Part shown: piece after piece, positions 54,682 through 62,895 of the stretch
Layout: the number at the start of each line of letters is the position of its first letter
How positions within the stretch are numbered: position 1 is the stretch's first letter
DNA from: a virus
Lineage: Duplodnaviria; Caudoviricetes
Virus record (IMG/VR): IMGVR_UViG_3300045391_002348
Location: 16,889 to 80,888 of that record
Strand: one strand, 5' to 3'
Length of the DNA stretch: 64,000 nucleotides
Made by a program: the position numbers and the translations under genes
Notes under the pieces: model-generated
Databases searched by the model: none
What the model was told of the DNA's origin: nothing
Seen by the model: the letters and a program-made list of their open reading frames with translations, nothing else

Positions 54682-55575
54682 CTAAACTCCCGGTTTGCGG
54701 AATACTGATATTGTTTGGAAGTACGGAGGGTGGACCCCGTACATCTTGTAGTAGGTGTTCAAGAAGTAGGTCGTGGGGTAGTGTCGGAGGAAGGCGGTGC
54801 CTACATGATCCAGGCCGCAGCGCTCGGCGAGGAGAGAATTCAGCATCTGGTGAAGCATGAACGGTCTCTTAGCTCGCATCATGTCCTTCACGCCGAAGGC
54901 AAAGTGGCCGCCCGGCTCCAGGTTATCCACGCACGTCTGATAGATGTCTCCGAGCGTGTCCCAGTACTCCTGGCCCTCCTTCAGGAAGGCGAGGTTGGGG
55001 AGGTCGGACTGATACTTGAACGTGCCGCTCTGGTGCCCTCCCTTGTCCTTCGCGAGCGTCGACATATGCTCGTCCCCGGAGTAGGGAGGGTTGTTAGATA
55101 CGAGAGAGAAGGTCTTGTCGATCTCGGACAGGAAGCCCCCTATGCGGCGAGCGTCTCCGATCCTGATCTTAGCAGACAAATCTAGAGACATGTGTTTTTT
55201 CACATTGGCCTCTAGTATGTCTCTAAATTGAATTTCCATACCAGCAATATTTCTGTTTTGTGTTAGAGCTTCGACTGCAGTAGTTCCGGCGCCGATGGTC
55301 GGGTCCAACACCCAGTCCCCCGGTTTTGTAAACTGCTGTATCAACCACCTTGCTATATGTAACGGCGTTTTTGCTACATGAGCTTCGTTACCGCTCTCCA
55401 TCTTATCGTAGTACTCTCGACGCTCTAGCCGACTGTAGTTTCCGCCTTCTGCTGGTCTCAGTTCACCGAGCGACCTCCTGCAAAACTCGCAATTACAATG
55501 ATACTCGTCCGGGACCTTCCCTGGGTCCATGATATTAACGGGATCGCCCTTCGCCACCTGATAGTCTCCTTCCAT
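54682..55575 (-). CDS. N6-adenine/N4-cytosine DNA methyltransferase
   Basis: VLDPTIGAGTT motif I followed by NNPPY motif IV. Confidence 0.88.
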   Translation of the reverse strand: MEGDYQVAKGDPVNIMDPGKVPDEYHCNCEFCRRSLGELRPAEGGNYSRLERREYYDKMESGNEAHVAKTPLHIARWLIQQFTKPGDWVLDPTIGAGTTAVEALTQNRNIAGMEIQFRDILEANVKKHMSLDLSAKIRIGDARRIGGFLSEIDKTFSLVSNNPPYSGDEHMSTLAKDKGGHQSGTFKYQSDLPNLAFLKEGQEYWDTLGDIYQTCVDNLEPGGHFAFGVKDMMRAKRPFMLHQMLNSLLAERCGLDHVGTAFLRHYPTTYFLNTYYKMYGVHPPYFQTISVFRKPGV

Positions 55576-55595
55576 GGTTATTAGAAAACTGGTAC

Positions 55596-55896
55596 TTATT
55601 GGACGTCCTGTAAATTTGTCCAGGTGTTATCGTGTCTCTTTTGATTTATGTGGTCGATCTCATAACGAGGGGGTCTACCCGTCATCCACAACCAAATAAT
55701 TTCATGTGCCTGGTATCGCCTCCCTAGTATCGTTCCGCAGCGATACCCCCCGTGTCCCTATGTACTCAAGCGCCTTCCTTCCTCCGAATTGAGCGTTGAA
55801 GCTACCTCGGTCGTCTTTCCTAAGTTTCCACGTCAAGTGACCTGATAGCGGATCATAGTCTAACAATTCACGGATACGTTTAGCGCTTAGTATCAC
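55596..55896 (-). pseudogene. HNH endonuclease split by a +1 frameshift in a C6/G6 run
   Basis: LLDYDPLSG...GTRG + YRCG...QAHEIIW...EIDHINQKRHDNTWTNL; run at 55746-55751 (301 = 300+1). Confidence 0.8.
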
Positions 55897-56419
55897 CGTT
55901 CAATCTCCGTCTCGCCTCGCGCACGCACTTCACCTGATAGAGGGCGTCGTGCAGAGCCCCGTGGGCCGGACCCTCCCGGGTAATGCTCCGGGGGTCGAGA
56001 CCACTCAGATGGTAGATGGTCCTGGTGTCCCGGACGTTCCAGAACTTCCAAGGAGGTACGTGCCCGACGACCTTCGAACAGGTCATCCATATCGGTTCGT
56101 CGAAGCCTGCCCCCTGACACCAGATGCAGAGCCCGCTCTGGTCCACGAACCATCTGTGGAAGTCCTGGACTACATCGACGAGCGGTCTCTTATCTGTATT
56201 CATGAGGGCCTGCGTCTCGGCCTTCTGCTGCTTCCACCAGTCGACCGTCGCGGGCTCTATCCGGAGACCGGCGAGCCAGCACGAGTGATCCTCGACATTC
56301 CGGTAGAACGTGGTCCACTCCCTGTCGGGTCCGTCCAGCTCGAACGCCACGGCTCCGATGGAGCGGATAGCCGAGCCGGGCCTCGTTCCCCACGTCTCTA
56401 GATCAAACATGATATCCAT
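55880..56419 (-). CDS. 3'-5' exonuclease (DEDD, DnaQ-like phage family)
   Basis: MFDLETWG...IRSIGAV, WCQGAGFD, RDTRT, HGALHDALYQ. Confidence 0.88.
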   Translation of the reverse strand: MDIMFDLETWGTRPGSAIRSIGAVAFELDGPDREWTTFYRNVEDHSCWLAGLRIEPATVDWWKQQKAETQALMNTDKRPLVDVVQDFHRWFVDQSGLCIWCQGAGFDEPIWMTCSKVVGHVPPWKFWNVRDTRTIYHLSGLDPRSITREGPAHGALHDALYQVKCVREARRRLNGDTKR

Positions 56420-56622
56420 CACACCAGTCCCTTCTCCTTGGCGAGCCATACTGGAACTTTGAACACTCCAGACTCGGACCCCATGCGCGGCTCGAACTCC
56501 ACCTGGGACTTCGGTAACCAGCACTCAGTCTTGCCGTCATAGATCAGATACGCCCTCGGCCTATCTTCGCGGAGTTCGGCATCTATCTCTACGACGTCGT
56601 TGCTACTTCCTCTCATCGACAT
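56419..56622 (-). CDS. Small conserved phage protein
   Basis: CWLPKSQVEF...VPVWLAKEKGL. Confidence 0.75.
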   Translation of the reverse strand: MSMRGSSNDVVEIDAELREDRPRAYLIYDGKTECWLPKSQVEFEPRMGSESGVFKVPVWLAKEKGLV

Positions 56623-56822
56623 CCTTACACTCCCCTCTCAAAGCACTCTCGACCTCTCTCCTCGCCTGGTCATCAGTCATAGGGAACGACCCCAGGGATA
56701 CCAGACGGTCCTGGTCGCGTTTCTTATAGTAAGCGTACCAGATGCAATCCCGATCGGGATCAATAGAAATACCAGGACCAACATACCACCGATCGATCCC
56801 AACTTCAACGGAGCTGTCCTCA

Positions 56823-58415
56823 TCAGAATAGGTCCTTCTCTTGGTCTATGGGCAAGTCTACGAACCGGCGAGAGGAGGGGCGAGGTGCCGCGGGGGGCGA
56901 CGCAATACTATGCGGCCGCGGCACCTCTACCGGGGTGGCTGCTCGGTCGGCGACGTCGGGGGCGGAGGCTCCACCTCTGTCGGCGACTTCAGCAGTCCGT
57001 CCGGGTCTCTTCCTTCTCCTGAGCTTCTTCGTTCCGTACCTCTCGGCGATGGCGCTATCCGTTGGTGCCTCGACGACCTCCGCCCCCTCTACGTCGATGT
57101 CCTCGTGTTCCGGACCGGGGACTATCCCGGGGTCGTACAGGTCTGCCTGGCCATTCACGGGCTGTCCTATGAGGTACTTTCTGGCCCTTATGGTGCAGCT
57201 GGAGTAGAGCCAGCACGCTCCGCACGCCCTCCCCTGGTCCGCGTAGCCTACGTTCTCGCAGTACCACTGCTTGGCTCGGTCGATGTCTACGTTCCTGGGG
57301 AGGAGCCGCCGGCCCGAGGACTTGAACTCCCGCCCCTCTACGTGGGCGGCTACCTGCTCGCTCACGTAGCGACAGAACTGGATAGGCATCGCCTTCCCGG
57401 TCTGCTTCGCCATGATGATATTCTTGTCGTAGTTGTACTCTCCGGCCTCGTTCAGCTTGGCTCCGTAGAATATGAAGTCGTCGGGGAAGCCCTGGACCCG
57501 GGCACGCTCTCGGAGAGTGAGAGGAGTGAAGCGGATGGGGTGCAGCTTGTAGCTCCCGCCGTCCTGGACCGAGGCGCCGCTCGGCTCGTCCCAGTACTCG
57601 ATCTTGCATCCGGGCTTCGCGACGAACCTCCCGGCGTTCGTGTACTGAGTGAGGGACTGACCTCGGCGCCAATGGTCCTTCGCGTACTCGGCGAACTCTG
57701 CCCAGGTCGGCCGGTCCCCGACGTACCTCATTCCGAGCATCTTCTGAGCCCGCTCACTCATGGCGCAGGGGTCGTGGTTCGGGAAGTTCGACGGGTAGCG
57801 GGGCTCGGGTAGATCGTCGACAGCCTCCTTCAAGGTCCGCTTGCCCTCGGGGTCGTCGGTCTCTCCCGGGACGAAGGCCCATCGCTCCTCCTTCAGGGAG
57901 CCAATCATGAACATTCGCTTGCGGTGCTTCTGGACGTTGCCGTAGCCCCAGTTGTGTATCCACTCGGGATACAGGTCATAGTCGGGAAGTACCTTCACGT
58001 ACTCGCTCATCGGGTAGGCTCCGAACGACTTCGGGAGGTCGTCCATCACGAAGAACCTAGGCTTGAGCCTACTGACGATTGCTACAAACAAAGGAATGTC
58101 GGCGGCATCCTTCAGTCGCTCCTCCCGGCTCTGGTTCACCCCGCTGAGCTGGGAGAAGTTCCCGCACTCGGGATGGCCGAGTGCTAGCGTGGGGTTCATC
58201 AGCCGCTCTATCTCCTGGGGCGAGAGGTCCTCGACCTTGTGCTTGAGCAGGGCCTCGGGGAAGTTATAGCGGAAGGTGTTGCGGCCCATCGAGTCTGTAA
58301 TATGGTAGTAGCGACGCCATTCTATGTTTCCAAGTATCCTGAAACCAGCCTGTTTGGCTCCAACACACATCGAACCTATCCCGCATGTAATTCCAACTGC
58401 TGTTAGTTCGCTCAT
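56823..58415 (-). CDS. Divergent C5-cytosine DNA methyltransferase homologue (candidate carboxymethyltransferase)
   Basis: Motifs I TCGIG, IV GHPECGNFS, VI MDDLPK, VIII QKHRKR, IX LTLRERARVQGFPDDF, X QTGKAMP. Confidence 0.88.
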   Translation of the reverse strand: MSELTAVGITCGIGSMCVGAKQAGFRILGNIEWRRYYHITDSMGRNTFRYNFPEALLKHKVEDLSPQEIERLMNPTLALGHPECGNFSQLSGVNQSREERLKDAADIPLFVAIVSRLKPRFFVMDDLPKSFGAYPMSEYVKVLPDYDLYPEWIHNWGYGNVQKHRKRMFMIGSLKEERWAFVPGETDDPEGKRTLKEAVDDLPEPRYPSNFPNHDPCAMSERAQKMLGMRYVGDRPTWAEFAEYAKDHWRRGQSLTQYTNAGRFVAKPGCKIEYWDEPSGASVQDGGSYKLHPIRFTPLTLRERARVQGFPDDFIFYGAKLNEAGEYNYDKNIIMAKQTGKAMPIQFCRYVSEQVAAHVEGREFKSSGRRLLPRNVDIDRAKQWYCENVGYADQGRACGACWLYSSCTIRARKYLIGQPVNGQADLYDPGIVPGPEHEDIDVEGAEVVEAPTDSAIAERYGTKKLRRRKRPGRTAEVADRGGASAPDVADRAATPVEVPRPHSIASPPAAPRPSSRRFVDLPIDQEKDLF

Positions 58416-58882
58416 ATGTGTCTCCAGTTAACTCGGCGCTGTATTGCACTAACGGTCGTCTGAGCTATCTTGTATTTTCTAGCGATCTTCGTCTGGGGGC
58501 CACTCGCATTCCGTATCTCTATAACCTGTTTATTTGTCAGTCGGCTCCTCCTCTCCCCTCTCGGAGAGTTCAGTCGACCCTTCCTAACACAATCCTGCAT
58601 ATTATCAAACTTGGTGCCCAGGAACAGATGGCTGGGGTTTATGCAAACCCCTACGTCGCACGTGTGGCACACATCCATACCCTCTGGAATATCCCCTACA
58701 AATAAGAGATAGGCTGCTCGGTGCGCTGTGGTCATCTTCTTCCACATACGAAATTTTCCGTACTGCTTAAACGTCCCTACTCGCCCACCGGTGAACAACC
58801 AGCACCCTCGCTTAGGGTCGAGCTTATACCTCTCCCTAAGTCTATCGGCTAGGACTTCTTTAGTAGGTGTTGGAGTACCCAC
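58412..58882 (-). CDS. HNH homing endonuclease
   Basis: CWLFTG...YG...AHRAAY...VCHTCDVGVCINPSHLFLGTKFDNMQD. Confidence 0.93.
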   Translation of the reverse strand: MGTPTPTKEVLADRLRERYKLDPKRGCWLFTGGRVGTFKQYGKFRMWKKMTTAHRAAYLLFVGDIPEGMDVCHTCDVGVCINPSHLFLGTKFDNMQDCVRKGRLNSPRGERRSRLTNKQVIEIRNASGPQTKIARKYKIAQTTVSAIQRRVNWRHI

Positions 58883-58907
58883 ATGCTGTCTCCTCTAACT
58901 CCCCCAG

Positions 58908-60287
58908 TCACGACCACTTACTCCTCCTGAACATCTCCACGATCAGCCTACTCCTCCCCTCGCGGTCACTCTCTACGTCAGCCGTCCTCAGCGGGACCTT
59001 CTCCCGGTCGGCAACTCCATCAGGTAAGTCACTACGGAATAAATCTCGGAGTATCTTCTTGTTAGTCCTCAGAGGTCTAGGGAGACCGAGCGCGAGCTCA
59101 CAGACCCGGCGAGAGAGGAAGGGGGAGCGGACCTCGATCCGGTTTCGCATCATCACGCGATCCAGGCGAGGGAGGTGGTAGCAGACGAGCTCATGGAACA
59201 CGTCCGAGCTCTGGCTGTCGTAGCGCTGGGCTCTCCCGTAGCCGCCGAAGAACTCGTCAGAGCCGTCACCGGTCAGGGCGACGTTAAACCTCCGCGCACC
59301 AACTACGTCGGATAGGGCTGTCTGAGGCACCAGGCTCCCGAGGTCCAGTGGTTCCTGCATATACCGGAGAGCCCGGTCCAGGGCTCCCTCGCTGTGGCCG
59401 TTCGTGCCCTCGAACTCTTGCGCGTAGAGCTCGTTCGAGTCTAGGGTGACGAGGTCACCCCCTGCGACCAACTGGGCCCACTCCTCCTCTTTATTCTCGA
59501 CATAGAACGGCACGACCTCCCCGTAGCGCTTCGCCAGCGTGTAGACGATAGAGCTGTCCAGTCCTCCTGAGAGGAGGCAGGACACTGGCACGTCGGAGGA
59601 GAGGACCCTACGTTTAACAGCCTCCTCGATCTCGTGCTTCAGGGAGTAAACTGATGAGGCAGCGGGCTGTAGTCCGTCCACGAGGCGGCACTCTATCTTC
59701 CCGGGATCAGGCCGTAGAATGACATACTCGCCGGGCTGTACCATCGTGATCTCCCGGTAGGGGGTCCGCCACGGCTCCGGGCAGTAGCCCCACTTTATGA
59801 CGGATGCGAAGTAGGTCTCGTCGGGGGAGACCGGCGCGAGGGCTGCAACCGCGTCTGGCTCGGAGGCCGCGGCGATGGCGTAGTTATCGCTCCTGTAATA
59901 GATAGGCTTCTGAGCCAGGTAGTCGCACAGGAGGTGGATCGACTTGTCGATACTGTTGTGAGCAGCTACCGCCCAGAAGCCGTCGAACTTCCTGAACCCC
60001 TCCGGACCCTTCTCAGACAGGGTCCTCGCCACGAGTGGAGCATCGCACGACTCGTCGGTGAACTCTCTGTAGTTTAGTATCTCTCCGACGAAGGCGACGA
60101 CCCACTGCTCGTGGTAGACAGGTTGATCGTCTATGGAGGACAGACCGACTATCGGGAGCCGTGAGTGATATAGCATGCAATCACTCCAGGACGTTAGACG
60201 ATCACGAATACCCCGGTGAGTTATCAGCTCTCGGCCGCGGCCGAACTTCATAGAGAACCCGGGTAGAGCAATCAGGAACCCACACAT
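58908..60287 (-). CDS. Asparagine synthetase B-like amidotransferase (Ntn glutaminase plus ATP-PPase)
   Basis: N-terminal MCG, HSRL, LLSGGLDSS, LTGDGSDEFFGGY, EVRSPFL. Confidence 0.92.
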   Translation of the reverse strand: MCGFLIALPGFSMKFGRGRELITHRGIRDRLTSWSDCMLYHSRLPIVGLSSIDDQPVYHEQWVVAFVGEILNYREFTDESCDAPLVARTLSEKGPEGFRKFDGFWAVAAHNSIDKSIHLLCDYLAQKPIYYRSDNYAIAAASEPDAVAALAPVSPDETYFASVIKWGYCPEPWRTPYREITMVQPGEYVILRPDPGKIECRLVDGLQPAASSVYSLKHEIEEAVKRRVLSSDVPVSCLLSGGLDSSIVYTLAKRYGEVVPFYVENKEEEWAQLVAGGDLVTLDSNELYAQEFEGTNGHSEGALDRALRYMQEPLDLGSLVPQTALSDVVGARRFNVALTGDGSDEFFGGYGRAQRYDSQSSDVFHELVCYHLPRLDRVMMRNRIEVRSPFLSRRVCELALGLPRPLRTNKKILRDLFRSDLPDGVADREKVPLRTADVESDREGRSRLIVEMFRRSKWS

Positions 60288-60482
60288 CTACAGGTCCTCC
60301 GAACTGCACACTATCTCTGAGCGGATGCGACCGATCCTCCTGGTGGCCCGCTCGATGCAGCCGCTGATCTTCTCTACCCTGCTCTGGACCTCCGGCGGGA
60401 ATAGAGGATTACTTATTATTTCGAGCGCCAGGTCCTCGGCATCCTTCAGCTCCTCGGTTGCGGTCTTTTCTCGCTCAGTCAT
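60288..60482 (-). CDS. Hypothetical protein
   Basis: SD GAGGA; abuts the asnB-like start. Confidence 0.55.
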   Translation of the reverse strand: MTEREKTATEELKDAEDLALEIISNPLFPPEVQSRVEKISGCIERATRRIGRIRSEIVCSSEDL

Positions 60483-60486
60483 GGGT

Positions 60487-60651
60487 CTATCCTCTCGGGT
60501 CGAAGTCCGGCTCGTAGGGCTCGTCGTCCGGTACGGCAATATCGCACGTATCGCAGTACCACCCGCCGGACATTATGCCGACGCTGGGGTCATACTCCTG
60601 ATAGCTCTCCGATATGTCTTGCCCGCACTTGGGGCACTCCACACATCTCAT
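60487..60651 (-). CDS. Zn-ribbon protein
   Basis: CPKC...CDTC; ATGA overlap. Confidence 0.65.
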   Translation of the reverse strand: MRCVECPKCGQDISESYQEYDPSVGIMSGGWYCDTCDIAVPDDEPYEPDFDPRG

Positions 60652-61112
60652 AATTTGTAACCGTCCCGCTCTCTCACGAGCTTCATTGTACTCTCCGGCC
60701 CTGGTTGGGGCCAGCGCCACTTGACTACGCCGTTTACAGAGATGGACGGCTGGACGACTACGCCTCGTGAGACCCCCCTGGTAACGGCCTCGAAGTTCTC
60801 ATAGTACTCGATCTCCAGCGGCGTCTGAGGGAGGTCCACTGTGCAGCCCTCGTAGTCATAGCCGTACAGGACGGCATTACCTGCAAATAAACGCTTATTG
60901 ATCGAGAAGTACTTTATCTGATCTACCGGGGCATAGAGACCAAACTCATAGACTACGATCGAGATGCCGACCCCGTCCGGAGAGGGGACCGGCAGGATGG
61001 TCCCGAAGTCCACGTTCTTATTCATCCTGGCCAGCATCTTCGCCTCCTCCAAATCAGCGCACTCCCACCGCGTCATCGACCTGGCCTCTGTGTCTATGAT
61101 ACCAAACTTCAT
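60648..61112 (-). CDS. Hypothetical protein
   Basis: SD GGAGG; YFSINKRLFAGNAVLYG. Confidence 0.7.
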   Translation of the reverse strand: MKFGIIDTEARSMTRWECADLEEAKMLARMNKNVDFGTILPVPSPDGVGISIVVYEFGLYAPVDQIKYFSINKRLFAGNAVLYGYDYEGCTVDLPQTPLEIEYYENFEAVTRGVSRGVVVQPSISVNGVVKWRWPQPGPESTMKLVRERDGYKL

Positions 61113-61462
61113 ATAGCACCTCCCTCTAGCGACCGCCTCGCGTATTTGCGATCCTTCTGACCGCCGCTCGGTCTCATCTCAGCACCATACCTCTTCGCGA
61201 TCTTCCGGACATTCGTGCAGTGAACGTCGAACTCGGCGGCAATGTACTCGACCTTGTCCCCTCTCCTGTAGGCGTCCACTACGGACTGGAGGACCCACTC
61301 CGGCTTGCGACCGGTCCTGCGAAGTCCGCGACTGTTAGCTACGCTGCTCACAGTGGACATACTGACCCTCCTCCTCTCTGCGATCTCGACGACCCTCATC
61401 CCGGTTCGGTAGTCACGCAAGATGCCGAGCTTCTCGTCGGCTGTTGTGGGCCTCCCCTTCAC
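61109..61462 (-). CDS. Tandem HTH DNA-binding protein
   Basis: GMRVVEIAERRRVSMSTV and GDKVEYIAAEFDVHCTNV. Confidence 0.75.
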   Translation of the reverse strand: MKGRPTTADEKLGILRDYRTGMRVVEIAERRRVSMSTVSSVANSRGLRRTGRKPEWVLQSVVDAYRRGDKVEYIAAEFDVHCTNVRKIAKRYGAEMRPSGGQKDRKYARRSLEGGAI

Positions 61463-61710
61463 CGTCGACTACTCCTCTGCAGCCTCCGCTCTCGCTGAAG
61501 GCACCCGCACGACTTCGTCTTGCCTAGAGTGGGCTCAGAGCGTCGGACCAGGGTAGAGACACTATACGGCACCTTGTACTCTTCCCTGGTTAGATGGGCT
61601 GCGGATGCTGTGAGGTCTCGTGCCGCTCAAAGAGCCGCACGAAGTTCAGTCACCACAGCACCCGCCCCCCTGCGCCGACGGCTGCTGAACTTTCGACCGT
61701 CGGAATTCAT
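61459..61710 (-). pseudogene. Reading frame with an internal TGA, ending in a GKTKSCGC motif
   Basis: ATGA and GTGA overlaps at both ends; single TGA at 61627-61629. Confidence 0.45.
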
Positions 61711-61994
61711 GTATTTCCACTCCTCTCTGACTCCGGCGCAGGCACCGGGTCCCCCCACACAGACCTTACTCCAAGGACCTCCTCGGACACGTCCGAGAAG
61801 CAGGCACGCATCAAGTCAATGAAATCCTTCTTGCGCTTCTTGCAGTTCTTACCAAGTCCCCTGACGAAGTTCATCTTGATTGCCCCCAGGAAGATCGCCC
61901 CCTCCATGGTATTCTCACGGGCGAAGTAGGCGACCCAGTTATCACCATCCTCTCTGAAGGCGATGCGACCGACCCGCTGGAGTTCGTTAGTCAT
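61707..61994 (-). CDS. Hypothetical protein
   Basis: VGRIAFREDGDNWVAYFA...FLGAI; overlaps on both sides. Confidence 0.7.
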   Translation of the reverse strand: MTNELQRVGRIAFREDGDNWVAYFARENTMEGAIFLGAIKMNFVRGLGKNCKKRKKDFIDLMRACFSDVSEEVLGVRSVWGDPVPAPESERSGNT

Positions 61995-62656
61995 CTGTCC
62001 CTCATACCTTCGTAGGAGCTGTCTGGGGGCCTCTCATCATCGGGATCGTCTCTGAGATTGCTATACTGGTCTCGCACTTGCTGCCGCTGTGGGAGAGCGC
62101 GAACCTGCTGATAATCCTTACCCCGCGACCGTCGGGAACGATCGTAGCTATGTGCCGACGTCCGTGCCAGACCTCCACGGCGTGCTTGTTTTTCATTGTG
62201 CGAAACTCGATCATCTCCTCCTCGCTTGTATATCTGCGCCAATAGGGAGCCGGCCCACCATCGGTTCATCTCATCGTTGTAGTATCTGTTGCGGCCGCTG
62301 GTATGCGGGAACTTGTAGTAGGTTGTACCCTTCACGACGACCTTCCCCAGCGGAATGATCCGCACCGGAAGCTCCAGGGCCTCCCAGGTCTCGTTGCCCA
62401 GCACGACGACCTCGTCGCCGAGGGCGATAGTGTCCAAGAGGGGACCAGCGGCCTTGCGGGCGAGGGGGAGGGACCACTCGCCTGTGAGCAGGTTGATCCT
62501 CCTGAACCGTGTAGCGTAGTCGAGCTTCGCCGTGGGGTAGACGGCATCCATCATCTTCCAGAGGCGCCAGCCGGCCGAACCCTCTGGGTGAGGGTACAGG
62601 GCCATGGCCGGGTCCTCGGAGTGCGGGTTCGTCATTCCTATGATCACGGCGGTCAT
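61991..62656 (-). CDS. Uracil-DNA-glycosylase-superfamily-like protein
   Basis: IIGMTNP, SAGWRLW, VVVLG, PHTSGRNRYYN resemble the UDG-fold motif A/B layout. Confidence 0.55.
   Translation of the reverse strand: MTAVIIGMTNPHSEDPAMALYPHPEGSAGWRLWKMMDAVYPTAKLDYATRFRRINLLTGEWSLPLARKAAGPLLDTIALGDEVVVLGNETWEALELPVRIIPLGKVVVKGTTYYKFPHTSGRNRYYNDEMNRWWAGSLLAQIYKRGGDDRVSHNEKQARRGGLARTSAHSYDRSRRSRGKDYQQVRALPQRQQVRDQYSNLRDDPDDERPPDSSYEGMRDR
62002..62214 (-). CDS. Hypothetical protein nested in the 3' run-on of the previous ORF
   Basis: Strong SD GAGGAGGAG. Confidence 0.55.
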   Translation of the reverse strand: MIEFRTMKNKHAVEVWHGRRHIATIVPDGRGVRIISRFALSHSGSKCETSIAISETIPMMRGPQTAPTKV

Positions 62657-62895
62657 GACACCTCCACGAACTCGGCGGTCTTGAATTTTTGCTTCATAAC
62701 CTCTAGTGCCGCCTTGGACAGGGTGAAACTTCCCACCAGCTCCGTCCTCCCGTTATTAACCTCGAACATCTGGCAGCTCTTGACCTCGATGACTAGGGTG
62801 CCCTCTCCTCCGATCTCCACGGCATACCGGCGCTCGATGAATTCCTTCACTGCCTGCTTGATCTCATCCTCACTTATCCCAACACACAGTTTCAT
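62653..62895 (-). CDS. Hypothetical protein
   Basis: SD GAGGAGG, ATGA overlaps. Confidence 0.65.
   Translation of the reverse strand: MKLCVGISEDEIKQAVKEFIERRYAVEIGGEGTLVIEVKSCQMFEVNNGRTELVGSFTLSKAALEVMKQKFKTAEFVEVS

Noticed and set aside
56600-56823. Short ORFs between the C5-MTase homologue and the 67-aa gene (a 48-aa TM peptide and a 25-aa peptide)
   Set aside because: Overlap patterns are plausible but competing frames cannot be resolved, so they are left uncalled.
56841-57812. Long antisense ORFs (for example 56841-57812, 37456-38223, 43500-44327, 20292-21005)
   Set aside because: They are shadows of GC-rich genes on the opposite strand, with no motifs or SD support.
61627-61629. Genome-wide TGA recoding
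   Set aside because: TGA is used as a normal stop in many ATGA/GTGA overlaps and long genes need no read-through.
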